Source of the DNA: Ramazzottius varieornatus
Lineage: Eukaryota; Animalia; Tardigrada
Length of the DNA stretch: 64,000 bases
Direction of reading: 5' to 3'
Assembly (NCBI GenBank): GCA_001949185.1
Contig: BDGG01000006.1
Coordinates: 1,470,827 to 1,534,826 of the forward strand
Part shown: in pieces, positions 51,302 to 63,862 of the stretch
Position numbering within the stretch: position 1 is the first letter of the stretch
Layout: every line of letters starts with the position of its first letter
The notes under the pieces: generated by a model
What the model was told of the DNA's origin: nothing
Seen by the model: only the letters and a program-made list of their open reading frames with translations
The model's database searches: none
Position numbers and translations under genes: made by a program

Positions 51302-52265
51302 TGCGAGGCAATATCCTTCCTAGTCTCGAAAGGATATTTTTCCAGTGCAACATACTTGACGAACTCCTTGTTCTTGAACTCACAATCGGACCCTGATATG
51401 TAATACCAATCTGTTGTGGTTTTGGTGGCTGTACATTCAACGAAAATGTCTTTCTTGCTATGCAGTATTTTGTGTCAAAAATATGGTTTATGTTTCCTCT
51501 ATCCAAATTGAAAGTGAATGAAATTTCGACGGAGCCAGTTGGTCTACAAGCATACGACTGACGGACTTCGGCCATAATCAACTCCGATGATTTCACTTTG
51601 CAACCTAAAGAACAATCGTGCGGTGTACCACGAAATTCAACGTTCACTTGAAGATTTTTCTTGCACCGCTTGTATATTCTGTTCTTCAACAGAAAACGTG
51701 ACGTGACGCACACATTAAAACCGATAGGTTAGCGCACCGTATTTCGCACTGCCGTTGCAACCGCCAGGTACTCGGAAGCGTCACATAACATGTTACAAAA
51801 ATATTTGTAGGGTATTAAGACCACTCCGCTTTCTTCACTAAGCACAGCAAGTCTGGATTATGTCGAACCCGAAAGTTAGGGGGGCACAAACAACAGAAAT
51901 CCTGGACCGTAGAATGAGTGTCATGCGAACAGAAAGAATCCCGTCAGCGACGGTGGTTCTCCATGCAGAGTTCCTTAAAAGATATGATCCATCTGGTTTC
52001 GTCCCTCACGTACATCCGGATTCTACGATAAAGTACAGCATAAGCGCTAGTATTCCTCACAGAACTCACTTCACAGTACGAGATAAATGAGGTAGAGGTT
52101 GTAAACTTAGCCACCCCATACCGGGTTTGTAAAGTTAGCCACGGCTGTAACGTCTATCGCTTGATTGACAATTTGATTGTCAGTCTTGGCTTTTTAACAT
52201 GAGATTTCAACGTTCTTTTAATTGCGGATCTCTCGGATTCTCTGACTCGTCATGTTGACTGTGCC

Positions 52266-52804
52266 TAAGCTCTGTTTCATCTACCGATGGGTGGTACTTT
52301 TGGCCTCCTGGCCAACCCATCCAACATTTTTATGGATACTTTCACGGCCATAGTTCTTAGTTCGCGAGGCGGGTCAACTTGGCCGTTTTAGAAAGTTAAG
52401 ATCAGTTCTTGATCATGCCGCTGCGGGGAAAGATCAGCTGATAGGATCTCTGATCCTCAATATGTACGATCCTCCGCACAGTCGTACGCGTNNNNNNNNN
52501 NNNNNNNNNNNNNNNNNNNNNNNNNNNNNNNNNNNNNNNNNCCGGTCTACCGCGTACTCACTACCCGGGACGGATTCACGCGTACGACTGTGTGGAGGAT
52601 CGTACATATTGAGGATCAGAGATCCTATCAGCTGATCTTTCCCCGTAGCGGCATGATCAAGAACTGATCTTAACTTTCTAAAACGGCCAAGTTGACCCGC
52701 CTCGCGAACTAAGAACTATGGCCGTGAAAGTATCCACAAAAAATGTTGGATGGGTTGGCCAGGAGGGTAAAAGTACCACCCATCGGTAGGTGAAACAGAG
52801 CTTA
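52266..52804. mobile_element. Foldback/MITE element with ~225-bp terminal inverted repeats spanning an assembly gap
   Basis: 52266-52491 is the near-perfect reverse complement of ~52578-52804; termini TAAGCTCTGTTTCA / TGAAACAGAGCTTA. Confidence 0.85.
52492..52541. other. Assembly gap (50 N)
   Basis: Run of N. Confidence 1.
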
Positions 52805-54296
52805 ACACCATTCGACAGCTCATTATTTTATCTATCGATCCATCCTTAAAAGTTTAGGATTGAGTATTAGAGAACAGGCGAACTAAAACGGCTAACTTTA
52901 CATTCTTTCCCTCGTACTGCTGTGGGAGCTTATATGCGAAAAGTCGAATCTCTAACCTTGTCAAAAATATTGGGACAATCAAAAGAACAAGCAGAATGCC
53001 GAGGGTGATTGTAGAAAAGATGACGCTGATGCTTGCTCTCACTTAGAGATTCACTGTTATTGAAAAACGAAACTGCCACAGAATAGATGGTCGCTTTCGA
53101 CTTTCGACTCGGTAGCAATTATCGCTATTCAGCAGGCTGTCAGCTAGACCTTAGAAAATGATAAGAGTAGTTCGGCATACACTTCGTAAAGGCAAGAAAA
53201 ACAGTATCATTTGAATCAAAGGGTACAGACAGAAGTCTGTTGGGAAAGAACATGTGGGATACTTCCACATGGGATAAAGATTACCGGAAGTTACCAGAAG
53301 ACGGTCTCCGGCCATGAGGCTAACACAAGCTGCAGTATATTGATACTCAAAGGCTTCTTTCTGCCACCGCCTTCCGTCCGCTGCCGCCTTCCTTGACCTC
53401 AGTGATTCTGCAATGTTTCTAGTTGGGAGTTTTGATCCTTCGATAGGGCGAAAGTGTACTAATGCCGTTTTAATGCTAAAGAATGAATGTGGGACAGGAT
53501 CTTACATGGGGATTGTAGCCCGGATGGAAATCTGTAGAAGCTAATAGATGTATCGAGAGTTCGCTGTACGTACACAAGTACGTGTGTAAAGCTCGGAGTA
53601 CGTTACATTCCACATTGCATCGCACGTCCAGATGCAGCCATCTAAACAAACCAAGAGGACTTTTTTCATTCCACCGAATAGGAAAACACGATACCGTACC
53701 GTGCGGGGTTGCTCCAGAGAAGAGGGGTTAAGCCATAAGTTTTCATAAGACGGCTACGGCTCACGGTGGTGGTAGTTGCATCAGCTACGTTAACAGTCCT
53801 TCGGTCACCGTTTGGCACCCACCTGAGACGTTCACGTCCTTCGCCGCTTGGATCCATCCATCCCGCCGATGCAGACTTTGAACAACAAAGGGAAAGCATC
53901 TCCGTTTCAGCGTCTACTGCCTAGACACGTAAAAAAGTGGGAGTCGCCCGGGTATAAACCGTTCCGAATCTGACGATGGCTAACGACGGTCGTGGCTGGA
54001 ATAGCTATGCAAGCAATTAAGCTAACAAGTACTGCTGCAGGTGACATGTTGATCCTCCAAAGCTTCCAGCCTCAGCTGTACCCATCCTATCACACGATCT
54101 TGCCTTAAGGCGTTCCGTATCAACCTCCAAACAATCTGGCAACATCCTAGATGATAGAGGAAGAGAAGAGACCACACCGATGGAGGTGGCTGCAAAGGCC
54201 TCTCTCGCTCCCGATATCGGCCTAAACAGGTCCGACTTACAAGCCTATTTTGGCTAGTAGGTCTGGTAGGCAGTTTATAATGGGGATTTCATATTA

Positions 54297-54462
54297 CAGT
54301 GTACGCGAAAATTAAGTGTGGAAAATGGGTGTTGGATGGAGCCAGATGAAAGCAGCCAATGCTATTCGCGTGCGTCAAACTGCACTTGTCATTGGTTGTA
54401 TTCTAAATACGCCCGACTGAAACGTTACACCCATTTTTCACGGTTAATTTTCGCGTACACTG
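54297..54462. mobile_element. Tc1/mariner-type MITE, 36-bp TIRs, TA target duplication
   Basis: TA-CAGTGTACGCGAAAATTAA... / ...TTAATTTTCGCGTACACTG-TA; 3 mismatches in 36 bp. Confidence 0.88.
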
Positions 54463-57400
54463 TACGCTAGTTCTTCCCTTGATGCGTTCACAAAGCCAAC
54501 GTAGTAAGCGACTGGGTTGATCGAAATCTAGTAGAAATGACTCATTCATAATTTTTCGACTTTGTGAACGCTTTTTGGGTTGTTATGATCTTCCCGCCGA
54601 TGGGTGGTTCGTAATCGAGTCTTTGAACGCAAGTTTTTTCGTAATCTTCACAACAACCTAGTTGGTTACTACTAAATAAAAGGTGCCTAAGACAGATACC
54701 CGGGCGTCTCGAGCTGTAGATCGCTCAAAAAGGCCGAGCAAGCGCTGCCACACGCACGCACAAGTCCAGGCTACCAAGAGTAGGTAGGATGTGGCGGAAA
54801 CGATCCGGAAGAGATAGCTCTCGAAAAAGGGGGAAAACAGGATATGATGGAAACACGATGCACAGCTTATTCGACACTCACACCATCAGCATTACACACA
54901 AACATCTAACTAATTAAGTATACTTAGTTATTTTGCTGACAGAATCGTAGCCTGCTTGACTCGTCTCCCGAGAATTGATAGCCAGGCTCACCTGCCATGC
55001 CCATCGTAACAACACGAACGACGGTTGGGAACCGGCCATGGACCTGGCCAGCTTACGTTTGACGTTTCCACCATTCGGTCACCTTATGCTCCCCGCACAC
55101 CCGTACCATCTGAAAGGCAACTCAAGCACTGTAGCACAGCTGAAATTCGATATGACATGTACGCTGCAGTGCGGCAGGTAGGGAAGCACGATGACTGACA
55201 TTCGTCGTAAAGTTTCCTCTTCCATATCCATTTGACTGATTACCATTGGGAAAGACCGGATACCAAAATCATTGAATGCCATCTTCCGGACATTCATAGG
55301 GCACGTGCGGTTGTAAAACGTGTTTCCGCTCCGTCCCGAATGATTTTTCGGACAGTCAAGGTTTCACTGAGTACCTGTTCGAGACAGACTTAATTTTCCA
55401 TTTTAATAAATTGAAATTGTCCATATCTGTTGGTGTATTTGTACCTTCAATATTTTGTGGAAATCTTTAATTACATGTACGTGCGTATATAATACACATA
55501 GCTGCATAGAAGGTAAACAGATGCGCTGACATCTATCAGCGAACCAATTTAGTAACGATTCCTGATCGACTACTCAATCCTGAGCCGGTTACAGGTCTCT
55601 GAGCTGACAAACAAATTCAGCAGACTTACTTCAACTCGTGGTGGATATGGGGAATGACATGTGTTATCAGCTTCTGATGGCCATATGTGTTTCGGCAGTC
55701 CATTATCCGGAATATTAACTAACACATAATCCCACTGTTCAGGAATCGGTTTTGAAGTTTTGGCACCTCAGGGGTTTTTGTTAACTCCTGACGAGGTAAC
55801 AAATGTCGAGGGACATGAAGCTGAAGCCATTTTTTCAACTGACCCCTGGTCAAACGACTACATCAGGAAGATCCAAGGGGGTTCGGGTTTTACCCGAAAT
55901 TGCCCGAATTGCCCGAAGTTTACCCATAATTGCCTGAACACATCCAATGGTTCCCCGTGGTGCTGGAGGTATGAAAGAGTCCGTTTTCGCTGTCTAAGAC
56001 TTGTCATCACTCGTCACCAAAACTCAGTAATTCGGGTAAATTCGGGCAAAATTGACCATAGCCCGAAGTTAATTGCCTTAGATTGCCTTGCTTGCGCCAA
56101 GTCTAATTGGAATGACATCACACAGCCTACGACTACACATACAATCGTTTTGACACCAAACCCCGGGCTGGGGTGTTTTAGCTGTTAGTCACCTCTGAAG
56201 TTTCCTGCAATATCTTCTAAAAACGGCGGACAATTTTTCGAGACTTTGAGCCACGGCGAGGTACGACAAGGATACCATCCGATGCCCCCGAATATTTTCT
56301 CAAACTTCATGTCAGAAAAGGGCCGTTTGGTAGCAAAAATGATGTTCCGGAAGCTGGGCCGCCGAAACCCAAATGTAATTTTGCAAAACGATCCAGTGTG
56401 CTGCTATAGCTTCTACAAGCTGTTCGCTCCAACTCGCTCGCAGTTTGCTGCGTCGGAGGAAAAGATACCGTTTCAGTTTTTACGACCAAATTTGAGTGTG
56501 TTAAATTGTACAGGCCTGGCCGCACTGTTTGGGGACTAACTGAAAACTACAACAACCTTAGGCCATGACCACAATTCGGCGAAATCAGGAACAATGTACT
56601 CTTCTTCAATAAGGAAGACTCACTTGAATCCGCTAACATAGTTTATCAGCACTGACTTGAATAGAAAGGTATCCGTTGACGTTTCTGTTTAGACTCATTT
56701 TAAGAAATGCCAAAATAAGGGTATCAGCAGAAATTCGATATAAATGACCTGGCGTTAAAGCGACCTGTTCAAAGGGTCGGTCTCTGGACTCCAACCTTGA
56801 TGAAAACAGATCTATGCCAGGCAACCTAGGCTGTTGCGCAAGACAGGCTAACAGATCATCGAAAAATTCTCTTGTAAAATTGATTCTTGGGAAGAACAGA
56901 AATAGAAAGTTGAATGTCAAAATTTTACCCGTCCGCCCAAAACCGTGCATGCCGTAGCCAGAATAGTGGCATTCAATTCAACCGTATAACGTACATGTTT
57001 CGACTGAGATCACAAGGACCAAATTGTTTTTCACAAAAGAAAGCCGAACACGTCAATGGCTGATAAAATAGATCTGCAGACAACAAAATACGAAATACAT
57101 TTACTTTCTATTCGTCCCTAGAGTTATCAGCAACTATCCGCAGAGACCTTCCTGCTGTTCCTGTTCGGAGAAAACAGAGAAAGTTGGGGCGAAGAGGTAT
57201 TGAAAAAGGAAAGATCTGTTAGGTCTTGGTCATGCATGTAAGCGGAGTAAGGTAGACTGTCCTCCACTGGGATAATTCCGACAATAAAATATTCTGCATG
57301 AACAGTTGAATGTCTGCCGTTTGGTCAAATATTCACTGAAAGTACAATTTGATTCAAGACTTGAAGAAAGCTGTAGCACACGGGATCCTAGTACAATTAT

Positions 57401-58377
57401 AAAGCGATCTGGGAAATCCGAGTCACAGCCATACAGGTTGAAATCTTGGCATCGGTTGTAAGCGACAATTCTTTTTCAGGGACCTCTAAGTTCACTTCGC
57501 TCAGCCATATAGAAAACTGCGTTCTTTTGCTATAATGGCCAGCAACAAAAACCTACAAAAGGTTAAATATCATGAAAATGCGAACAAAATTTGAATTTTT
57601 AACGATAGGTTTTTGAGAACACTGACCAACAAGATTCCAGGACTTAACATTAGTTATAATCTAGATTACAGGTGGGACAGCAGCAAAAAAAGAGGCGCAG
57701 GAAAGACACGGCAAATACAGTAGGGCGGAGCTGCGCATGAGGTGGGAAAAATGGGAGCCAGTGAAATTATCGTGCAAATGCTGACCCGTTAGAACGAGCC
57801 GTATATAGGCCGTAACACTCCATACATGCCGGGATGCCCTGCTCGAACCTGGCTTACTAGGCTAATTTTCACGCTGCTTTACGGTGACGCGCTAGTCTCG
57901 TGGACTCGCTGATCGAGATGGCTTTAGCAGTCAGCATCTCGTTCCTTGTTCTTCCTTGAGAAAATCGGATTTCCCTTCTGCGATATCGTTCCGCGCATGA
58001 TGCACCAAAACATCCAGAATCCGAGAGAGGAATGAGAGAAAATTCAGAACACGGAAGCGAGGAGGCAAACTGCAGTATCGTTGTAACGAAGGGAATTTAA
58101 AAATTCCCAAAAGCGTTGAATATTTCCCTGAAACCAACCAAGGCTCTGCGTCGTGACTTCGATCATTGCAGCTATTCCAGTCAACCAACGTAAAATTGAA
58201 ATCAAAGTTGAAAGCACTGCTAATCAGACAACCAAGGATGGAAGCAGTAGTCAAGGCGGTTGAATCGTCGTCATCTTTGCATGTTCCAAACCTTGATTGT
58301 CTGATTAAGCAGTGCATTCAGTTTTGATTTCAATTATACGCTGATTAACTGAAATAGCTGCACGCCTGTACCCAGGC

Positions 58378-58610
58378 CTGGTCTACGTATGCGTCTGCAT
58401 ACAGAGTCGTACAAAATGAGCATCAAAGATCCGATCAGCTGATCTTCCCCGGTAGCGGGATGATGAAGAGCTGATCTCAACTTTCTAGAACGTCCACTGG
58501 ATAGTCGTTCGACCTACTTGAACATCCGAAGCCAACTCTGGGCAGGAGAAGTTTGCAGGAGGCACACCGATTGGAAAGTCTTGGGGTCTATCTTTGTGAA
58601 ACAGAGCTTA
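58378..58610. mobile_element. Diverged single arm of the 52.3-52.8 kb foldback family
   Basis: GATCC.ATCAGCTGATCTT.CCC.GTAGCGG.ATGAT.AAGA.CTGATCT.AACTTTCTA and terminal TGAAACAGAGCTTA. Confidence 0.75.
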
Positions 58611-59843
58611 GTTATATCCAGTAAGTTTCCTTGCTCGAGGAGCGAAAGTAAAGAGCTGCCACAGCAGGCTGGGGTATCTGACCGCTAACCCTCTAGAAGA
58701 GCCTAGTTCGCGAGAGATCCCACTGTAGAGGGAAATGAAACCACCAGCACACGTATCGGAATCAGCGTCAAAAGTTGTCCTCGGTGGCATGTTTTTAAAT
58801 GATTTGGTGAATTTGGAGTTTTTGGTCACGTGATGTGCGACATCTTGCTTCAGGAGCATTTTCGTCCCTGAACATGTATGGCTCATTCGAAAGAGCGTGT
58901 TGAGCTGAGTAGAATGGAACTGTTTCTTCGATGTTACAAGAAATAAATGTTATTGCCGACTTTCATGGGAGGATTAGAGGTAAATTGGCCAGGACGAAAT
59001 CATGGACCACCGGCCGAATGGCAGCACTGCTAGCAACTGTCACTTTCGGCGGTGACCAATAATTTCCGCTTTGTGTGTCCCCAAACATGAGTCTACGTAT
59101 TTGTCGTCGGACATATTTAGTTGGGAGCCGTAGTCTGTTTAGGCGGAACGTGCTGACTATTAATCGATTGTTTGCTATACGTGGAGCATCGCCACCTACC
59201 AGAAAGGCACTATTACTTGTGGAAGTATGACTTGCAACATTTGTCTGAACATCAGCTTAAAATAATCATATCTCTCGTTCGAGACAAGCGTTTGCCTCCA
59301 AATCTTTTGCACTGTTATGCATCATCATCCGGCTTTCAAATATAATGTTGTATAATCAAATCGTCCACGTCAGTCATGCTGGAAAATCAATCTAGTGAAA
59401 ACAACCGTTTTATAAAAAACGTGGCACTTCCGGTAGAACAATTTTCTCGATACTCGGATTTCGGAACCGAGAAGTCTAGCTGGTGCTAGGCTCCTTTTTT
59501 GTTTTACCTTTCTCGAAAATTTGAAAACGAAAACCAATAAATTCTTCAGTTTCTCGAACGTCCAGATTCTTTTAAAAACTCTGTAATGTGTTCGTGTCAT
59601 ACACCAATAAACGTTCTTGTGAACGTTCCACTTGGTTTTTTTTCAGAACATTGGCTGCTAAAGTTATACGGGTGGAAATCCAGACTTGAAGCCGAAAACC
59701 ATATGCTACGTTTCAAGAGCTAGAAGAGTTCAATCGTGGATCGACTTCGGCTGAACGTAGAGCCTACTCTGCCTTATCTGCTGTCTAGCTCACCGAAAGC
59801 TTACAAGAAGTCTGTGAGGCAGGACAAATTTTATCTCGCCGCC

Positions 59844-59876
59844 CCGCTAAAGTGGCGCATCTCGCCACTTTAGCGG
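59844..59876. repeat. Perfect 14-bp hairpin containing the AAGTGGCG core
   Basis: CCGCTAAAGTGGCG-CATCT-CGCCACTTTAGCGG. Confidence 0.85.
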
Positions 59877-62256
59877 AAAAAACGGTGATTCTTGCTTTTC
59901 GAATTCCAGAAGTCGCAGTGAGATAACTTCTGACTACTATCATGAAGGCCTAGCCCTGGTCTAATGAATGGTATGACTGGCTTCAAAATCTGTTGAGCTA
60001 GTGCGCGGAGAAAAAAATTCAGAGAAACAGGAAAAAAATCTTCCTTTTGGGGTTTAAACTGAACGTTCTCTGCCTGTTGTCAACGCACGGGGCCAATGGT
60101 CGCTGCAGAAAAAGGGAGAATGTTGGTGAACAACATTTAGCATAGGGAAGAAGAGAAAGGTCATCGGCCAGATTTACAGAAAAATTTTGAAAACTATCGC
60201 CAAAAAGTTGCAAGTCATACTTCCGCACCCGACACTTCGCTCATCGCTCCAAGGAAGAAATACTGTGAAACAACCGAAGTTTTGGTTACGGTATTCTGAA
60301 AACTCATGACGAATAATCATGACTGATCAGCATGGAAGTTAGTGTTCTGTCCAAACAATATTCCGGCACAGTATCGGATAAATAAGAACACTTGCTCCAA
60401 CGGTCCCCCTGGGCCGCCGGCCAAGGTTATTCGTGGGTGCATAACTGTACCGGGTCGATCTATTAGGATACCCTCTTAGCAACGAATGGTCCCAGTAACG
60501 AGATGACACCGTCTGTTGTTATTTTGACACTGCAGTTAACCTGATTTTTGTTCAAGTAGAATTCACAGTGTTGTAATAAACTCGGCGACTAAACAAGCAG
60601 ATTGTTTGCAATACTTCGAAGAACGGGTTTTACTAACCAATGTATTATGCGTTTGGATATGCTGCTACCTGCATATCTTGGTGGCTTCCCATCGTTTTCG
60701 GATGCGGACCTGCTCCCCTCCGTAAGTTGATTTTCGGACCAAAAGTCGAAAAATAACATGGCAACGTTTCGCTCGGCAGCTGCGTCACTTGCTCAAAAGC
60801 TCAAATCACGATTGTCGGTTGGGGCGTCAATTAATACGGAATTGCTATTCCATTGTGCTTCGTCGGATGGGACTTGACGGGGTTGAAGACCTGTCCCGCG
60901 AGCCCTTGACGAAGGATGCTTTTGAAATGATCTCCTGAACTTTGGGTAGTTTCTTCAACGCCGAGAATTCATAGGCTTACCGTTTTGAGTCAGGTTTTCT
61001 GTAGATTACGCTCAGATTGAGCTAGGCTTTCCAGTAATGGTGAAGCACTTAATACCTATGCAGTTTCAGCTAATCTTCGCAATCCATCGAAATTGCCTTT
61101 GAATCAGAAGTTTACAATCTATTCGGTTTTGCAAGGCGTCATGTGAGCACCGCTGCCGCTGAGTTACGTTACGCTGTACAATAACGACAGAAATATCATC
61201 GAAAATAGGCAGGTGATGACAGCATCGCTGTGCGGTGTCACCCTCGTATTTCGAGTTTTAGGTGATCATTGGTCGCCTCTAGCCGCACCTGGCAGTGCGG
61301 TCCTGCCGATTGGGCAGGAAACGTTTAGATATCGAACGTCGTTTTCCATCATAGCACTGCAGATTTTAGTCTAAAAATTTCTTGTCAGAGTCTCCGCTTG
61401 TAGATTGCTACGAGGTAAACTTCATGATTCGGTCCAAGCGAGAATCCCTTCCACAGGTCAGTCTAGTGGCAACGCATTTTCTTGGCTGCAACTCTTTCGC
61501 GAGCTGTGAATTTGACACTTGTCGCTTCGTCGTCGTTACTGTTTTTTTCAACCTATCCTCGTTTTCCAGCAACTGAAGAAAGCCGGGGCTAGTAGTCAAC
61601 ACAGTTAAATGATCCTGAAGTCGCTTCTTCTGGCATCACTGTTTCTTCACCTCACTGAACAGATCGTTTAAGACGGATATGCTACCGGAGTCGAAGGGTG
61701 AACTTCACATTAGCCAGATTTTTCTCTCACGTGATGCCGATCTGCACTCTCAGGATCTTGAACAGCCGGGAAAAGTCTTGCGTTGGCCTGTTGTGAATTC
61801 TACGGTTATTTGAATTCCACGCCATGACGCACGTTCACCGTCTTTAGATAACTTGAAGGTCAAACGGAAAGAGACAACCTTTCGCGTAGCCAGATATAAG
61901 CATTGCCTAGTATTGGAAGCTTACCCTCCTACGCATGCTCCCGTTCGCACGCAAAGCTTGGCGACATCAAGGAGCAGATCATCTTCAGTCAATTATTTGT
62001 TTTCTCTGGTTGTTTTTTGTGAAATAAGGAGTTTGCTTTAAACATCACATATCCAGCGGTAAGGACGGACATTCCATTTTCCGCTTCGTTCCTAATTTCG
62101 CCTGGAAAATAGGAATTCCGCTCCGTTCCGGACGAGCCCGATTTGGAACGCCGGAATTTCAAATCGGAATATAAGCATCAGACCGGAATTCCGCTTGAAA
62201 AATCGGTTTTCCACGGCTCGATCCCCACTTTTTGCCAATAACTGGCGTACTTATGA

Positions 62257-62366
62257 TGCTTCATGAACTTGGCGAACTGACATCACAGTAAGTGTGAAGT
62301 TTACGGGTATGATGACGCATACAACATATGCTCACCGTTACGCTAATCCGCCAAGTTCATGAAGCA
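62257..62366. mobile_element. Small MITE-like element with perfect 18-bp inverted repeats
   Basis: TGCTTCATGAACTTGGCG / CGCCAAGTTCATGAAGCA. Confidence 0.7.
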
Positions 62367-62401
62367 GTACAGTACATACTGTAGTTGCACTCACTGTGCG
62401 G

Positions 62402-62512
62402 GAGCTCGGCCAACAAACTCCACCTGAATGTATTGCCATGTCGCACGCCCCTAATAGAACTAGCAGAAAGCGTGCGCCACGTAGAAACAAACTTGCTGAG
62501 CTTGTCAGCTGG
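62402..62512. mobile_element. AAGTGGCGCA palindromic element, nested in a larger repeat
   Basis: GAGCTCGGCCAACAAACTC..TGTCGCA-27 nt-TGCGCCAC. Confidence 0.7.
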
Positions 62513-63811
62513 GGTTAAGTCGAGCTTCGGCGTGGTTAGTGCCTTCTAGACTGCCGTACTGGAATTCCGATTTTTGGTTTAGCCGTTTTAGGGAACGAAA
62601 AATAGGAAAATTAGGAATTCCTTTCCAAATTTCGTTCCATGGAGAAAGTGTGGCGGAATGCCAATCCTTACGCGCACGTGCTGCGCGGACGCAGTGATTA
62701 TTTACAGTAGTTCCAGACGAGAACTGCTCACAGTCTGGAAGAATCAAGAACGTTTCTGTTTACATCGGCTGATCGATCACCGCTAGCAATGACTTTTGGC
62801 ATCTCGACGTATTTCCCTGTATCAACCCGCCGGTTTTCCAGTCTTTCATTCACCGAAGTGAATCGAATACGAACTGGGCTGTTCACCAGTTCGTAATTGT
62901 ACAGGGGTCGTAGTGAATCCATCTTCTAGTGAGCTTTCGCAGAGAAAGTTTCGATAATGAAAACAAGCAAGTACTAGCAAGGAGACGTTTTATTAGGTGG
63001 TACAGAAAGGCGGGCGCATGCGGCTACAGGAACTTGCGAATTTGACATCTACAAATTCATTCGTTAGTGTCAAGAAGAGTCCTCAAACATGCAGAACCTG
63101 TCGACTCTGTAACCGGCCGTAAAAGTCTGGCGACGTAGGACTGCTGGAGGAGTGTCGAGCCGGACTACACTTTAGGTCATAATCGCCCTACTTACTGCTA
63201 ACATGCTACAACAACGGTAGGCAAAAACGACAATGCTTCGAGGATGGTACTTGTCACGTGGCTCCTTGTGTCGGTACCTGCGAAAAAAACACAACAGTCA
63301 TGGATCCGCATGTTAGTTCTGAAGACAAAGACATTCCATTTTTGGAGTGATATCAGCATTAAGACGAATCTTTACAGACAGTATCGGGATTTTTTCTGAA
63401 CGGCACGTGTTTGGTTGTGGTGGAGCAAAGTAGGCGACAAAACAAGTTTTGGCTAAGATGTATAGATTTACCAGTTTTGCTCCGACCAGTCACAAACGAA
63501 ACGATCGTGCGACGTCACTGGGACGACACCAACAATGTAGGCAAGTTGCATTGAGAGAAGATTACGGAAGAACGATCGCATACGAGCTCTTCTAGGTCAC
63601 CCCACGCAGGCATTAGGCGTGCTGATGCGTCACGTTTCGAACAGCCAGTCGAAAACTGAGCCCAAAACAAGCGCCTATAGAGCAAACCAAGCGCAATCAG
63701 CCTGATCTAGAGTCAGCTGTGTTTCCCTGCAAATGTTTACAACTTACTTCAGTGGTATCGTCACCGTGTTGAAGACTTTCACCTATGGGCGGCGGTTGAT
63801 GCCGAAATTCA

Positions 63812-63862
63812 AAAAATTAGGCTAGCCGGTTGTTTCACAAAAACTAGGCTAGCCTAATTTTT
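63812..63862. repeat. Perfect 16-bp inverted repeat with 19-nt loop
   Basis: AAAAATTAGGCTAGCC / GGCTAGCCTAATTTTT. Confidence 0.85.

Larger units (their letters stand above)
62060..62670. mobile_element. Degenerate GGAATTCC-rich TIR element with nested insertions
   Basis: TAAGGACGGACATTCC (left) vs GGAATGCCAATCCTTA (right); internal TTCGTTCC/GGAACGAA and GGAATTCC repeats. Confidence 0.5.

Noticed and set aside
54975-58886. Scattered 70-140 aa ORFs in the distal region
   Set aside because: No recognisable homology or exon chain; no transposase motifs seen.
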